Positions 50,114 to 63,416 of a stretch of 64,000 nt of DNA are shown piece after piece. The stretch spans positions 1 to 64,000 of the forward strand of contig BAAIJX010000031.1 of assembly GCA_054600435.1 (NCBI GenBank), written 5' to 3'. A model generated the notes under the pieces. That model did not search any database. It saw only the letters and a list, made by a program, of their open reading frames with translations, and was not told the origin of the DNA. Numbering within the stretch: position 1 is the stretch's first letter; every line of letters begins with the position of its first letter. Source of the DNA: Neophaeotheca triangularis (taxonomy: Eukaryota). The position numbers were made by a program, and so were the translations under genes.

Positions 50114-51619
50114 ATGCCAGAACTGACGAGTACCGAGGCGTACTCGCTAAGCGGATTATCGATCGTCGGCCTGGCAATCCTCATCAACGCCTGGAAAAGC
50201 GATGGCGAGCCACTCTTTGCGTCGCTGGCTATCAGTGGGCTGGCTTTTGCTTTTGCCTATGCTTTGGTAAAATGGACTGGCGATGTCTTCATCAGACGAG
50301 GCTACAAAGGCAAGGACTTGTCCAAGAAGAATGCCACCGAGATGTACGAATATCGCCCTTGCTACCTTTCTTACCGCCTTTCTAACAATCCTTCTATAGA
50401 CCGGAAGCGATGGGCTTGGTATGCGCCCTGGTTTACCTGCTTGCTGTCATCAACTTCCTCCCTTTTGCCTTCAAACGAGACATGATTGAGGCGACGACCG
50501 AAGCGGGCATTGCCAACGACCACCTCGAAGCCCAGCATATCGAAGTCGGACGCTTCCTGCACCGCTTTCCACTGGAAAAGGTACGCCACGTCGCACGGCA
50601 TTTCGCCCCTTATCAGACCATTTGGAATGACTGACAACCATCAGCTTGCGTCGTACGGGTTTGCATACGGTACGCTGGCAACCGTGATTATCCTCGGCAT
50701 CCTGGACGACTCCTTTGACATGCGCTGGCGGCACAAATTCTTCATCCCCGCCTTTGCCTCCCTACCCATGCTAGGTCTGTACTTTGTCGACTTTGGTGTC
50801 ACGCACGTGGTTGTGCCCGTGCCTCTGCGGCCCTACCTAGGACAGCTCGTCGACCTCGGCTGGCTGTACTACATATACATGTCGGCCATTTCCATCTTCT
50901 GCCCCAATAGCATCAACATCCTCGCCGGCGTCAACGGTATCGAAGTCGGCCAGTCGCTAGTCATAGCCTGCCTGATTGCGCTGAACGATGCGTTGTACTT
51001 ACTCCCCTACGTGCACCAACCGCACCCGGCAGCAGATTCACACCTCTTCAGCCTCTATCTACTCCTCCCGTTCATCGGGGTATCGCTGGCATTACTAAAA
51101 CACAACTGGTTCCCGGCCCGAGTTTTCGTCGGCGACACCTACTGCTACTTCGCCGGCATGGTGTTTGCCGTGGTGGGAATCCTAGGGCATTTTAGCAAAA
51201 CGCTGCTATTGCTCTTCATACCGCAAATTTTCAATTTCATTTACTCAGCCCCGCAGCTGATCCACATTGTTCCTTGCCCTCGCCATCGATTGCCGCGCTT
51301 CAACGCTCGTACAGGGCTATTGGAGCCATCGGTCGCGACTTTTGCTGCCGAGAAACCGTTGAAGCCGGTCGTTGGCGAGGTGTTGAAGCTTCTGGATCGG
51401 GCTGGGTTATTGCGAGTGGAGCGAAACGAAAGGAACGGGCGGGTAATTCAAACGACAAACTTCACGCTGTTGAATTTGTGGCTCGTGTGGCGAGGACCGC
51501 TAAGGGAGGATAGGCTGGCGGCAGAAATTCTGTTCATGCAAGGGTTGGTCGGGCTGGGTGGGTTGGTTGTACGGCATCGCCTTGCTTTGCTGTTGTTCAC
51601 GGCGGACAATAGATTCTGA
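50114..51619 (+). CDS. ALG7: UDP-GlcNAc:dolichyl-phosphate GlcNAc-1-phosphate transferase; exons 50114-50343, 50400-50580, 50645-51619
   Basis: GKDLSK..EI|PEAMG, LGILDD, NSINILAGVNGIE, NWFPARVFVGDTYCYFAG, GHFSKT, PCPRHRLPR. Confidence 0.95.
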
Positions 51620-53152
51620 TTCATATAACAAAATACATGGAATTCATTGGCTACGACCATCGCATTCCAGTGCCGCAGAGTTATTGCCAAGTGTTGCTTG
51701 TTGTTGTGGGCTGGTGGGTGGACAATCGTATTGTGGAAGTGCCATCCCTGCACAGATCACGCACGACTCGCACGAGATGGATTTGAGTTTGCCCCTGGCA
51801 TGAGAGGCCGAATTCCACAAATTGCCGAGCCGACTTCATCGCATGATTCGCATCACTGTGGATGAAGAGCATTATTATTATTACTGTTTTTTGTTTGGCC
51901 GGGAGCAGCGCAGCGAGGAGAAAGGTGTTGCACCACAGCCGCCCGCAGTTCGTTTCGGCTTGACTCGGACAAGTGCCTCGTGACCGCTGTCAGGGAATAT
52001 AATGATGCATCGCTGGCACACTGCCCGTTACAGATCATTCCTTGGAGATCACAAAGGAACAAACCCAAGCCCAGCAAACAGGGCGTGTCGCCGCAAATGA
52101 AATTATACAAGGGATGACGGAAGATCATCACCTGAAGTGATTTGAATCGCGACGGGAGGCTGCACCGCCCTCGTCCCCTTGCCCTGGTTCCCGGCGGAAC
52201 ATTGGTACCCGCAGACCTGAAACTCGCAGCCCTAGTGCAGCTGGTCTTGCTGGCGATTGCTGTCCTGGGATGCGCGAGCTGGAGTCGTCCCGATTGGGTG
52301 CATCGTGTCACTTCACGGCTCTGAGATATCCGTATGGAGCCTGCGATGGTAATCTCTCGGCCTCTCTCCCCCTCTCTCTCCCTCCCAACCCTGGCTCACG
52401 GGTAGTAGTAGTGTTGTTTAGATTCATCTTCTTCGTTTTACCCGGACACTCGATGTGTTCGCCGTTTCGCTAATCGGTGGGGGCGGCTGAGACATGGGCA
52501 ACGGATGGCGACGGCGGCAAAAGGGTCGTGTGAGGTTCACTGTTGTCGTCGACGGCGGGGACGAAGAGCGCAAACGTAGGGGGGTCGAGACAAACCAGGG
52601 ACCTGATTGGCGTGTTTCTGGCTGAGTCTCCGGGGCTCAATTGCTCTTGAGGAGTTCGGGACACGAGAGCCATTGGTCCTTTGAGGTAAGTGGAGTGGGT
52701 GGGAACGGTGAATAGGTGGTCAGGAGGAAGGAGTTTGTGGGTGGGGGGTCCAATACCATACAGGACCCTCTCTCACTTCATGTTTCAAGCAGTATTTGTA
52801 CCTTGCCTCTTCGCTCGTTCTACTCTACCTCCTTCCTCCTTTCCTTCCACCACCCATCCAAGGCCTCCTACTTCACATTCATTCTGCTTGCGCTTGCGCA
52901 TTGCCTCTGCGAGGTATCACAGCCTGGTGCTCGTTTCACATTCTTTTGAACCCACACTCCTTTGCATTTGCTTTCTGGGCTTTTCCATTCCTTTGCAGCA
53001 TACCAACCTCACTCCCTTGTTGTCACTTGTTGTTTCATCTTCGAGTCAATAGATTCGACAACAATACACCACCACATTCATTTAGCAGGCCAGTCACTAC
53101 AGGATCTTTGGACGTATCTCAGCATCAACAACATATCTTACCCATCATCGAC

Positions 53153-54626
53153 ATGTTCTCCCGCGCAACGACCCTCCTCCTGCTTTCGGCATGCTCGCTC
53201 CGGATAGCGTCTGCTGCCACCGTCATGGCGCATTTCATGGTCCAAAACGCCTTCGCCTACGACCACGAGCAATGGAAGACCGACATCAAAGCCGCGCAAC
53301 AAGTCGGCATCGATGGGTTCGCCATGAACTGGATGCCACCGGATTGCCAAGGTGGTCTTGGGTGGCAAGTAGACCGTATCGACGACGCCTACACTGCCGC
53401 AGAGGAGATGGGATTCAAGATGATGCATTCCTTCGACATGAGCTGGAGCCAATGCGACGTCTACTGGAACACTACCTACATGGCTGACGCCGTTCAGAGG
53501 ACCGCCGGAAGCTCCGCCACCTACCGATGGAACAGCAACATCTTGGTCTCGACCTACGGCGGCGAATCGGTCGACCATTACGGCAATGATTTCTTTGAGA
53601 ATTTCAAGCGCCAGATGAGGGACTCTGGCAATGCTATTAGCTTCGCGCCGGCCTTGACTACGTACGCTCACCATGCTCAAGACAACCCGGAAAGCGCCTC
53701 GCGCGAATTGCTACAAAACTTCTCCTCCATCGACGGCTTCTTTAACTGGCAAGCTTGGCCCCTCGACAGCGAGAGCAACAGCACCTGCACTGCAGACGAA
53801 GCATTCCAGCAGGCCCTGAAGAGCGCCGGCAAGACCGGGCCTTATATTATGGGTGAGTATCTCTCATTCTTACCTACCCTCAAACAACTTCCAGCTAACG
53901 ATTCCCCCCTTCACAGCCGTCTCGCCCTGGCAATACAAAGACCTCAACAACGGCAACCCCATGGACGCCTGGGTAGCCTACAGCGACTACCTGCTGCCCC
54001 AACGTATGGCCCAACTCGCTCAGAACGAAGTCCAGCCCGACATCATCGAACTCCTAACCTGGAACGACTTCTGTGAATCTCACTACCTGCGGAACCTGCC
54101 CTCCCTCGACGATGTCAACGCCAAAGACTACGTCGTCCTCGGCGACATGCAAGCCTACGTGCGAGACATGAACCACGCGCCCTGGCGCATCATCGCAAAG
54201 TACTACATCGAATGGTGGAAGACGGGTCGCGCGCCGCACGTCCACATGGATCAAGTCGTCTACTGGTACCGCGTGCACCCGCGCGACGCCGATTGCTCGC
54301 GAGGCATGTCGACGGGCATCCGCAACTCGGATATGCCGGCCGATGCTGTCATCGCGTGGGCGCTTGTCAAGGACCAGGCCACCATCAACGTTAGCATCGG
54401 CGAGAACAGTGTCTCCTTCGAAGCGAATGGCAGCGGGCCGCAAATGGCTACGGTCGAGTTCCCAAACAACATCCCATACGAGGGCGTCACGCCCGAAGCC
54501 TCCATCGTGCGCAACGGCGAGACGGTACAGTCCGGACAAGGCTCCAGGGCGGTGAGCAGCTCGTGCGACATGGCGAACTTCAACCCGGTGGTCAACCTCG
54601 TCGGCGAGGGCATCAACAGGCGATGA
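53153..54626 (+). CDS. Glycoside hydrolase family 71 (alpha-1,3-glucanase/mutanase), secreted; exons 53153-53852, 53917-54626
   Basis: Signal peptide; VMAHFMV, DIKAAQQVGIDGFAMN, SFDM, DGFFNWQAWP, YIM|AVSPW, IELLTWNDFCESHY, YWYRVHP. Confidence 0.92.
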
Positions 54627-55283
54627 TGAGTAGGAAGAATTGGAGCGTTTGAGACGCTGGCATTGGTTTGGTGCACTTGGATTTTATTCCGTTCTTGGAA
54701 ATTTCCCCCCTTTTTGGAGGTTCACTTCTTTATACCCATTTGGATTTTTACACTTCTCTTCTTTTTGGTTTCTTACCTGGCCTGGATGGCGGGCTCTTGA
54801 TTTTGCAGAAGTCGGAGAGGGCTTTTGATGATTGAATGCCTGAAAGAAAAGACAATCAGACTCAGATAGATGCATAGACAGACATGGAAATTGAGCGACG
54901 TCTAGTTTGCGGCTTACTTGTGTTGGGAACGCTTGACAGTCCTAGTCCACCTCATCGTCAGGATGGCAAGATGGTCAGACCGTTCAGCTGAAGACTTCAA
55001 GTGCTGAATGCAACGCAGCGTATCCGCAGCTTTCAAGACAGCCAATGTAGCAGCCTTCTCGTAGTCAAAAAATACACTATCGGGACAGTGAGAAGGCATA
55101 TGTATGAATGTACAATCAATGACCATTTGCCATCGATAACCTAACCCCAGTCGTAAAACGCCAGCAGCTCGACACGCCGCTCATTGACAGAAGTTGGGTA
55201 TCACGATCTCTCAAACGCAAGAACAACCTGTGCACTCGTCTCGCTTCCGTCTAAACCTCCCTTCCCCTAAAACCTGACCCTTT

Positions 55284-56591
55284 TCACCACCCTCTATCAT
55301 TCCCCCCATCGTCATCGTCGTACTCCACATCGACCTTGGTCCCCAAAGCCTGCTGGCCCTGCTTGATCAGATCCTCCAATTGCTTGCTCATGTTGCTCAT
55401 GGCAGTGTCCGCCACCCTTTCTTGCTTCGCGCGTCTTTTGGCGTAGCGCGCAGCCTCCGGGCTTGGGTACTCGATCGGACTGCCGGCGCTTTTCGTCGCA
55501 CCGTTCGAACCGTTGCTACCAGTCCGTACGTGGCCTTTCGAGCTGCTTGGCCGCGAGCGTGTGGGGGCAAGAGAGGCGCGGCGAGAGTTGCTGTGGCCTA
55601 GGTGGGCTGGTAGGCTTGGAGGATTTTGGCGGGAAGGGCTAGGAAGAGGTGACTGTGTCTGTTTCTGCTGTTGAGGGGCGTACTGTGATTGTCGTCTGGA
55701 AACGGGAAGCAAGCTTTTGCGACTGTTCGCTCGGGATGCCGACGGCCTTTGTACAGCGAGACTATCGCGATTGGGTACGCCAGGGTTGGAGACCTTTCGC
55801 TTCGGGCTGCCTTCGCCTTCCTCGTAATCAGGTCTGGCCACCATGACCCATGTCTCCCTGTCCGTTTGCCGGCGTTTGTTCGTTGGTCTGGCCGGTGGAA
55901 AGCTTGGATTGTCCTGCTCGAAATCTCCTAGGAAGTCCTCGCCATACCAACTGCCTGGCAGTGGCGTAGAAACCCCCTCGTGCTGCCAGCTATCCGAGAT
56001 TCCTCCATCACCGCTGTTCGGTGGAAATGGGTACGCTTTACCGCCTCCAGCGTTGAAACCACGAAAGACGTTGGTGCCAAAGCTGAACAGCTTGCCCGCG
56101 AAATCGAACGCCATTCCCATCCAGCTCTTTGTTTCGTCCGCTGCCCTTCCGACGCCATTCCTCTCCCTCGACAGCAGTCCACTTGGCACACTCCTACTCG
56201 GCGCACTGCCCTCTCCTCCACTAAAGCCCCTCAACCTCCTCCTCTCCCACTCAATGTCCGAAGGCTGCTCAAAGGCCGCGGTAGCCACAAGTGAAGGTGT
56301 ATCAAACCCGCCAGCGAGCCTGTATCTCTCGTTCACCAAAGCCGAACTTGGTACACGTTCGCTGCTGTAGCTGTCGTTCGGTGTCGGTGGCCCCCAGTTG
56401 TGCGATGGGAAGTAGCCTCGTGACTCTGGGCGTGCGCGCTTCCGGGACCCACTGTCGCAGGTGAAATAATCTCCACCGGTCGCATAGGAGGGTGTTACGC
56501 TTGTAGAGGCAGGCGTTTTCGGGGGAGGCGGTTGGAAGAAGTGAGTATTGCGGCCGCCTCCTGAGCGGGATATTGGAGAGTGAAAGGCCAT
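55284..56591 (-). CDS. Hypothetical Ser/Arg/Pro-rich protein, 435 aa
   Basis: Long ATG-started ORF with non-random segments (LVNERYRLAGGFDTP; MSKQLEDLIKQGQQALGTKV); no family recognised. Confidence 0.75.
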   Translation of the reverse strand: MAFHSPISRSGGGRNTHFFQPPPPKTPASTSVTPSYATGGDYFTCDSGSRKRARPESRGYFPSHNWGPPTPNDSYSSERVPSSALVNERYRLAGGFDTPSLVATAAFEQPSDIEWERRRLRGFSGGEGSAPSRSVPSGLLSRERNGVGRAADETKSWMGMAFDFAGKLFSFGTNVFRGFNAGGGKAYPFPPNSGDGGISDSWQHEGVSTPLPGSWYGEDFLGDFEQDNPSFPPARPTNKRRQTDRETWVMVARPDYEEGEGSPKRKVSNPGVPNRDSLAVQRPSASRANSRKSLLPVSRRQSQYAPQQQKQTQSPLPSPSRQNPPSLPAHLGHSNSRRASLAPTRSRPSSSKGHVRTGSNGSNGATKSAGSPIEYPSPEAARYAKRRAKQERVADTAMSNMSKQLEDLIKQGQQALGTKVDVEYDDDDGGNDRGW

Positions 56592-57155
56592 TCTAGAAAC
56601 GAGGGTGCGTATGTACAGCAGCTGTTGTATGATCTCACATGATATGTAATAGTGATGGCGTATCGTAGTATTCCGTTTCGATAGCCTGCAATTGGTGTTG
56701 TCGTCGTCGTCGAGGTGTTTAGAGTGCTTGCATACCTAGAGCTTCAGCTATGACCACCATGTATAGGCTTGGCGCCTCCTGAGTTGAATATGGATGGATG
56801 TTTCGAAGATTTCCATTTCTTCGATTTTAGCAAGACACCCAACTCCTGCTTGCTTCCCGAGGCAACTTAATTTTACGAATGTTGTGGTCGAGACAATGGG
56901 CACTTCGTCCTTTGCGTCCTGCCTGGGTTAGCATTCCATGTCACAGTTGCACTGCCGAGACCATGTCATTCATGCAGCTCGCATGCAGAGCAGGTAGGCA
57001 GAGGCTCAGCCTCACTGATCGTGTAGGTCTTTAAGGGCTTCGATGCACCCCTCCCAGGTTCTGTTGGACGTCTCTCTATTCCACTCTTTTTCCATCCCAG
57101 GCCTCATGTTACGGCCACTTTAACATTCCTGAGTTGATGACGAGACAGAGCAGAT

Positions 57156-60085
57156 ATGCCGGTAGAGCTCGCAGCAAATGCCATAGGTCTAGCCGCCTTT
57201 GGCCTCCACGTTGTCGATATCCTGAACAAGTACCTTTCCTCGTTCAAAAACGCGGAGAAGCGCATGAACGCCATCCTCTACGACACCAAACTCATCACTG
57301 CGGTCCTGCAGCAGTTCAAAGAACATGTCGACGAAGAGAGTGAGGTCCACATGTCTCGAGAAGCACGGGACATTGCCGAGGATGCTTTTGACCGGTGCAG
57401 CAATGTCTTCAAGGACATATACACGGCACTAGTGGACGGCGAGCCTCCGTCGCCTTCAGTAGACGGAAGCTTTCGCTCGCATGATGTCTCCAAAATTTCT
57501 TTCCGGAAGCGTATCGGCTGGCACTTCTTGGAGCCGAAGTTGGAATTGCACAGGACCAACCTTGATCGTATCAAGACTACTTTGCAGCTACTCACTAGTG
57601 TGACTACATGGGGTGTCCTGCGAAAGCTGTACGTGTGAACTTCTCGAGACCTAGCAACGACAAGCTAATGGCCTTCTTTAGGTGCCCAGACGTCAGCAAG
57701 GTGGTCAATCAGAAAGAGAAAGAGATTGCTGCCTTGACGGAGGCAGCACGTACAGCTGTGAAGCGAGCTGACGATTTGGAGAAAGAGCACGAGGCACAGC
57801 AGCGAAAGGTCCTCCAGAACACGAAAGCTGACAGTGAGGCACAAGGTGGCATAAAGCCCGACACTCCGCCATATGAACGGGCAGGCAGTAGTATGGCGGT
57901 GCTTTCTAGAACCTATTCCGCACAAGGAAACGACGTAACGCCATCCAAGATTCCTCATCTGCTGCATGGAGAAGCCAAAGCAGCGACGAGAGACAACAAA
58001 GCAAGCGCAAGTATATGTTCGTCGACCGGCAAAGGCTTGCAAAAACGTCCTTCTCCAGGCGACACACGATCACCATTTCATGTCATGATGGTCAAACCTC
58101 CTTTCTCTCGAGGCTCGGGATTAACAGTATCCGCCCACCCCCAAAACCAGGACCAAAAATCCGGTGCGCTTGTGTCTACGGCAGAAAACCCGACATTGGA
58201 TGCTCCAAACCTAAGAGACGGAGGCTCACCGTCGAGCAGCCGAAGCTTGATGAATCTGACTCCTTCGACCCCCGGATCTACGACTGAGGACTCTTCTATC
58301 CGTGAGACCGAGCCAAGAAACATTCACAAGCCAACGCAATGTGAAAACAATGCCCTCGAGGACGACCCTGTCCTTAAAACCATCTTGAACAGCTTGCGAG
58401 ATCAGTACGCATCCAAGTTGGACATCTCCGAGTCTTTGAAGAGCGTTTTCGAAACTGCATTATTTAAGATATACACTTGCAGATCCTCTGGCGACGAACC
58501 CAAGCGGACGTGGACTACACGATTGCCAGGCCTGTCACTGTCCGATATTGCGCGCGCAATTGATCTTGCCGACACTCAAGCAGAAAAACTCGTGGAGTAT
58601 ATCACTGCTGCATCGACATCGAAAGGACTTTACCGCGAAGCACTCAACCAATACATAGGGAATGATGGAATATCACACGCCGCAGTAGCCTCGAACGTGA
58701 CACCTCCACCCGCTCAACAAGCACCACTGGTGGCACCGGTAGCACCGGAAGAGTATTATTACTACGCACGCAATGCTCGCGACGTCGATCGCCGCGACGA
58801 TCCGCGTGATAGTGTCTCGTCAAAGGGCTATGAGAGCGACGACAGCTATGAATACATTCGCCGCGAACGCTATGTCGACGGTGCCTCGCGGTCACGATCG
58901 CGTTCCATCCACGGACATAGCAAGCGCAACTTTGCCGCTGGCGCTCTCACTGGCGCTGCAGTCTTCAACGATCCTCGCAATAGGCAGGGCCAACCAACTA
59001 GAGGCAGAGGAGGTGAAGCACTTAAAGGAGCAGCTGTCGGTGCCCTCGGAGCGGAGGTGATACTCCGATCAAAGAGTTGGCGCCGAGGAGGCTCTAGAAG
59101 CAGGTCTAGGAGCTCTGACTTCGACACAAGGCGATCGAGACGCCCTTGTAGATCGCGCTCACGCTCGCGGACCAGGTCTGAGTCCAACACTCGTCTCAAG
59201 CAGCTTGGTGGCGCGAGTGCTGTTGCCGCTGTAGGTGCGCTTGCAGGCTTTGCTTTGAAGAATCGCAGTAACGATCAGCAACAGCTAGGGCAAGCAGTAG
59301 TGCGTGACCGTCGGAGTATGTCACGCAGGCGTAGAACGAGTGTTCGCCGTGGATCGAGTCTTTCCGCGACGAATATATCCGAAGACTGCAACCACACCGC
59401 CCAAGAGCCGAAACACAGGGAAGGCAAAGAGGTGGCGAGAGGACAGAGTCGCACCGGAGACAGGTTACGAATGAGAAGCAGATCAACTCCTGGCGACACC
59501 GCTTTAAAAGTTAGACATCCTCATAGGCGTATGCCACGAGTTGGCCAAGCTTCTGCAGCCGACGTTGAATGGTCCACATTGCGGCCAGCAAGAGAAGAGG
59601 TATGGTCACCCATGCGAGGTGATAGCGACGACACGAAGGTTACGGAGCCCATTATTGCTGCACAGAGGGCGCCTTCGGCGCTTACCAGAGAGCCAGATGT
59701 TATATGTCAGGGGAACAACGATGAAGAAAGCGAAGAAGTTGAGAAAGGGGAAGAGAAGGACGACGAGACGCGCCGCAAGGAAGAACTCAGAGAGCGCATG
59801 GCGAAGATTTCAGGCGGGATGGGCACGGGTGTCTTGTTTGACGTTCCCTACAGGTCTACTACGCAAGGAAGCACGGCCCGAAAGGAGGCCCCTGGGATTT
59901 TTATGAGTGGAAGCTCCGGCCAGGCTCCGCCTCCATCTTCAGCACGTGAGCTTCCAGCCGAAAGCAGACCTATTCCTCCCCCTTCGTTTGAAGCGGTGCG
60001 CAACAACGTTTTAGAAACACCGCACAACCCTCTTGAAGGGTCGGCAGAGCAGTTACTGGCGAGACTGACTGACTTCTATAGATGA
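57156..60085 (+). CDS. Hypothetical protein with fungal N-terminal helical (HeLo-like/STAND N-terminal) domain and mosaic C-terminus; exons 57156-57628, 57682-60085
   Basis: ELAANAIGLAAFGLHVVDILNKY...RKRIGWHFLEPKLELHRTNLDRIKTTLQLL; intron GTACGT(57629)..CTAAT..TAG(57681) joins in frame to the 825-aa ORF. Confidence 0.72.
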
Positions 60086-60383
60086 GTGACGGTTTGTTGA
60101 AGGGGCGCTGGAAATCCTGACTTTTCTTGTGGGGGGGAGTTGGGTAGAAGCGCAAGGTAAAGAATGTCTTCACATGTCTTGTGCCTGAGGCATCAGCTTC
60201 CCCACGGCCGACGACCCCTCTCTGGTACCTTGATCCATACTGTACTTTCCGAGGCCCGTACTACATCTTGTAGCAATCCGCCGTCCATTGCCGCAGCAAT
60301 TCTCATTATTGCAAATGTAAGTCGAAGTAGTAAGAGTATTGTAATCCTCTGCAGTTAGAGCAAACGCAACCCATCTCTTCAAC

Positions 60384-61080
60384 ATGCCTCAGATAACTCT
60401 CTATTTCCTCCAAGCCTCTCGTTGCATCCGCACAGCATGGCTATTAGAAGAGCTCGGTCTAGATTACGAGGTCAGGTTCGCGCCGCGTGAGAATGGCGCA
60501 GCTCCGGCATGGATCAAGGAAGCAACGGGCGGGCTGGGCAAATTCCCAGCCCTCAAGGACGGCGACCTGATGCTGTACGAGAGCGGGAACATTACGGGTG
60601 TGTCGAGCAGAGAGCTTGAATGCCGGCATCAACGGCACTGACTTGAGCTTAGAATACCTCTGCGACACCTACGACAAAGACCACCGCTTCCTCCCAGCCG
60701 TAGGAAACCCCGAACGCTACCGCATCCTCAACTGGGTCCACAGCGCCGAAGCAACCTACGCACTCCACGGTCTCGCCGTCCTCTACGCCCGTTGGCACCA
60801 AAAGGACGGTTCCGTAGAGACCACCGAGCAAGGCTTGTCGAAGAATGTGCAGAACGATCTCAACCACCTCGAGTCGGAGCTGTCGAAGAGCGGAAAGTTC
60901 CTCTGCGGCGATAAGGTCACGGCTGCTGATGTGATGATGGCTTTCAGCGCGGGTTTCATTCTCGCGAGGCAGCTGGGTACGCAGGGCAAGAGGTGGGACA
61001 AGGTTGAGGCTTGGGTTCAGGCGTGCGAGAACACGGATGCTTATAAGAGGGCTGTGGAGAAGACTGGGCATAAGCTTTAG
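60384..61080 (+). CDS. Glutathione S-transferase (Gtt1-like); exons 60384-60597, 60653-61080
   Basis: LYFLQASRCIRTAWLLEELG, LGKFPAL, ESGNIT|EYL, WVHSAEAT, FLCGDKVTAADVMM. Confidence 0.93.
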
Positions 61081-62572
61081 AGGAGGGAGGTGGTGGTGTA
61101 GGAAAGTTGGGAGTACACGCTGCTATATCTGGCTCTTGTACCGAAGCTGTCAAGAGTCGATGACATCCGTGCAACGAGGCGCCATTTTACCGTCCAGGAA
61201 AAGAGCGTCAGCTGGCATACTTATGACATTCAAGCTTTGATCCGCAGTTCTCGCCCGGTACCAAATCTTTCCGAGCAATCCCCCGTCTCCATGTCATTAG
61301 GCCTTCGCGACGGGGTTAACGGAGGTACAAGACACGCCTTGCATGCTTCATATTATCAGTTCCGCCCATGTTTAAGATTACATACTTGGGCTCGCCGCCT
61401 CGACGTGAGGAACGATGACAGACGGCGTCGATCTTGCAAGCAACGCAATGCTCTCCTCGTCGTGTCGATGTCAGCGGTGAAAGTTCGCCTCTTTTCGACG
61501 AACGCATCGTACAGTGTGATCTCACTGGTGATTTCTATGGACTCAAAGCCCTCCTTGGCCAACATTACCAGCTTTTATTCGCGGCGATCAACCAAGCTTT
61601 GGGCTGTGCTGTTCGTGAGACTTGAAACATTGAGCTCCACGCATCCATGCAGCACATCAAATCCTCCCGAGCTTTTTTGAGCTCGTCCCTGAGTTGCACC
61701 TCGCTCTTCGGTAGCCGAACTGAAGAGAACACAGAATCACTTACAATACTCGTTCTTAGCTCTTCTCGTGGGTCTTGGAATAGCATCTCATGTCCCCGAA
61801 TTGAGCAAGCGTAGCAATGTCGAACGCTGCACCCTCCACGATCCCAGGTTACTTGACAGCAGCAATCCTGTTATTAATGTCGAGAACACATGAAATCACC
61901 CGCAAACACCAATAACGAAAGGCTCGAGAGCTATACTTGGACCTCCTGATTTTGTTATAGCGAGGTATCCTCATGCGGGGTGCATCAGCCTCATGTGAGA
62001 AGATGCTTGTGGTATACTATACAACAGCACTGTCAGACTGCCACGAGGAGCTGACAAGACGAATTAAAGGGCACCTTTGAGAAACAAGCTCAAGTGTTGG
62101 AAGATCGTTGGACGCCTTGTGCGGTCAGCTTGAAGCGTACAGGGCTGAGCTACTTTGTTGCACTACTTCAGCCTCAGCGAGGTGAGCTAGTGCTGCTAAC
62201 ATCGGTCGGCAGTCATGAATGACAGCTAAGGTGGGTTATTTGCGTTGCATGAGCGGTGAACTTCTTCAGCAGAGGGAGACTGAGGTGTAACGAGCAAACA
62301 GAAGTCATAACATGAGAGGCCTTGATTACAAGGTCTAGGAGGGTATATAACTCACCTTCTCTCCCTCCCCTATTTCATTCTCCAACATCCTACAACAAAC
62401 ACATCCAGGACACCTTCACTCAAACCTTTCCTTACTTCCTCTTCGTATCTTTCTCTTTTGGTCCCAGTTTCCTTGGTCCATCGCCCCCAGATTCAATACA
62501 GCCTACTCCATCACAAACCGCCCTCATTCCAACAAACCCAATCAATCCACCCATCTCAAAACCGAGATCAAG

Positions 62573-63416
62573 ATGCATTCCACCACTCTCTTCACCGCAG
62601 CCCTCTTCAGCGGCCTCGCCCTCGCAGCCCCAGCACCAGCCCCTAGACCCCAACTCAGCCAACGCGACAACCACACACCCGCCCCCAACGCCGACCTCCT
62701 CAACCAACTCCAACTGGCCCCAGTCGCCACCGACCGCATCGCCCTCCTAGCCGACTCGGACTTCAAATTCGACTTCCAATCGCCCCCCACGGGCGCCACC
62801 ACCTCGGGCAAAGGCGGCTCCACCGTCCGCGCCGACCGCGCAACTTTCCCCGCCTTGATCGGCACAGGTGTGGGCATGACGGTCGGCTTCATCGGGCCCT
62901 GCGGTTTCAACACGCCGCACACGCACCCCCGGTCCAGCGAAATCAACCTCATCGTGCAAGGCAAGCTGGCCACGGAGTTCCAGGCCGAGAACGGCGCGAG
63001 AGTGGTGACGGATGAGTTGAGCAAGTGCGTTCCTTCCCCTACTAGCATTCTTGCCAAGCCAGAAACAAAAAAAAAAAAGACAAAAAAAAAAAAAAGGGGG
63101 GGCTACTAACACGGTGAAAAAATCAAGGTTCCAAATGACAGTCTTCCCGCAAGGCGCGCTGCACACCGAGTTCAACCCGGACTGCGAGGACGCGGTTTTC
63201 GTGGCGGGTTTCGCTTCCGAGGATCCCGGTGTCTTGCAAGCTGCGCAGTCGCTTTTTGGCCTCGGGGAGGATGTCGTCAAGGCTGCGCTGGCGGTTGATG
63301 CTTTCAATGGCGCCGATCTTGACGAGTTTAGGCAGTTGATTCCCGCTAATGTTGCGTTGGGGGTTGAGCAGTGTTTGGCGAAGTGTGGTATTGCTAAGAG
63401 TTATCGGGGGGAGTAG
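62573..63416 (+). CDS. Secreted spherulin/germin-like cupin; exons 62573-63024, 63128-63416
   Basis: Signal peptide; germin boxes GFNTPHTHPRSSE and FPQGALHTEFN; intron GTGCGT(63025)..TACTAAC..AAG(63127) with poly-A tracts. Confidence 0.92.

Noticed and set aside
63062..63102. Poly-Lys run (KKKKTKKKKRGG) in the cupin ORF
   Set aside because: The poly-A tracts lie inside intron 63025-63127, and homopolymer lengths may be inaccurate.
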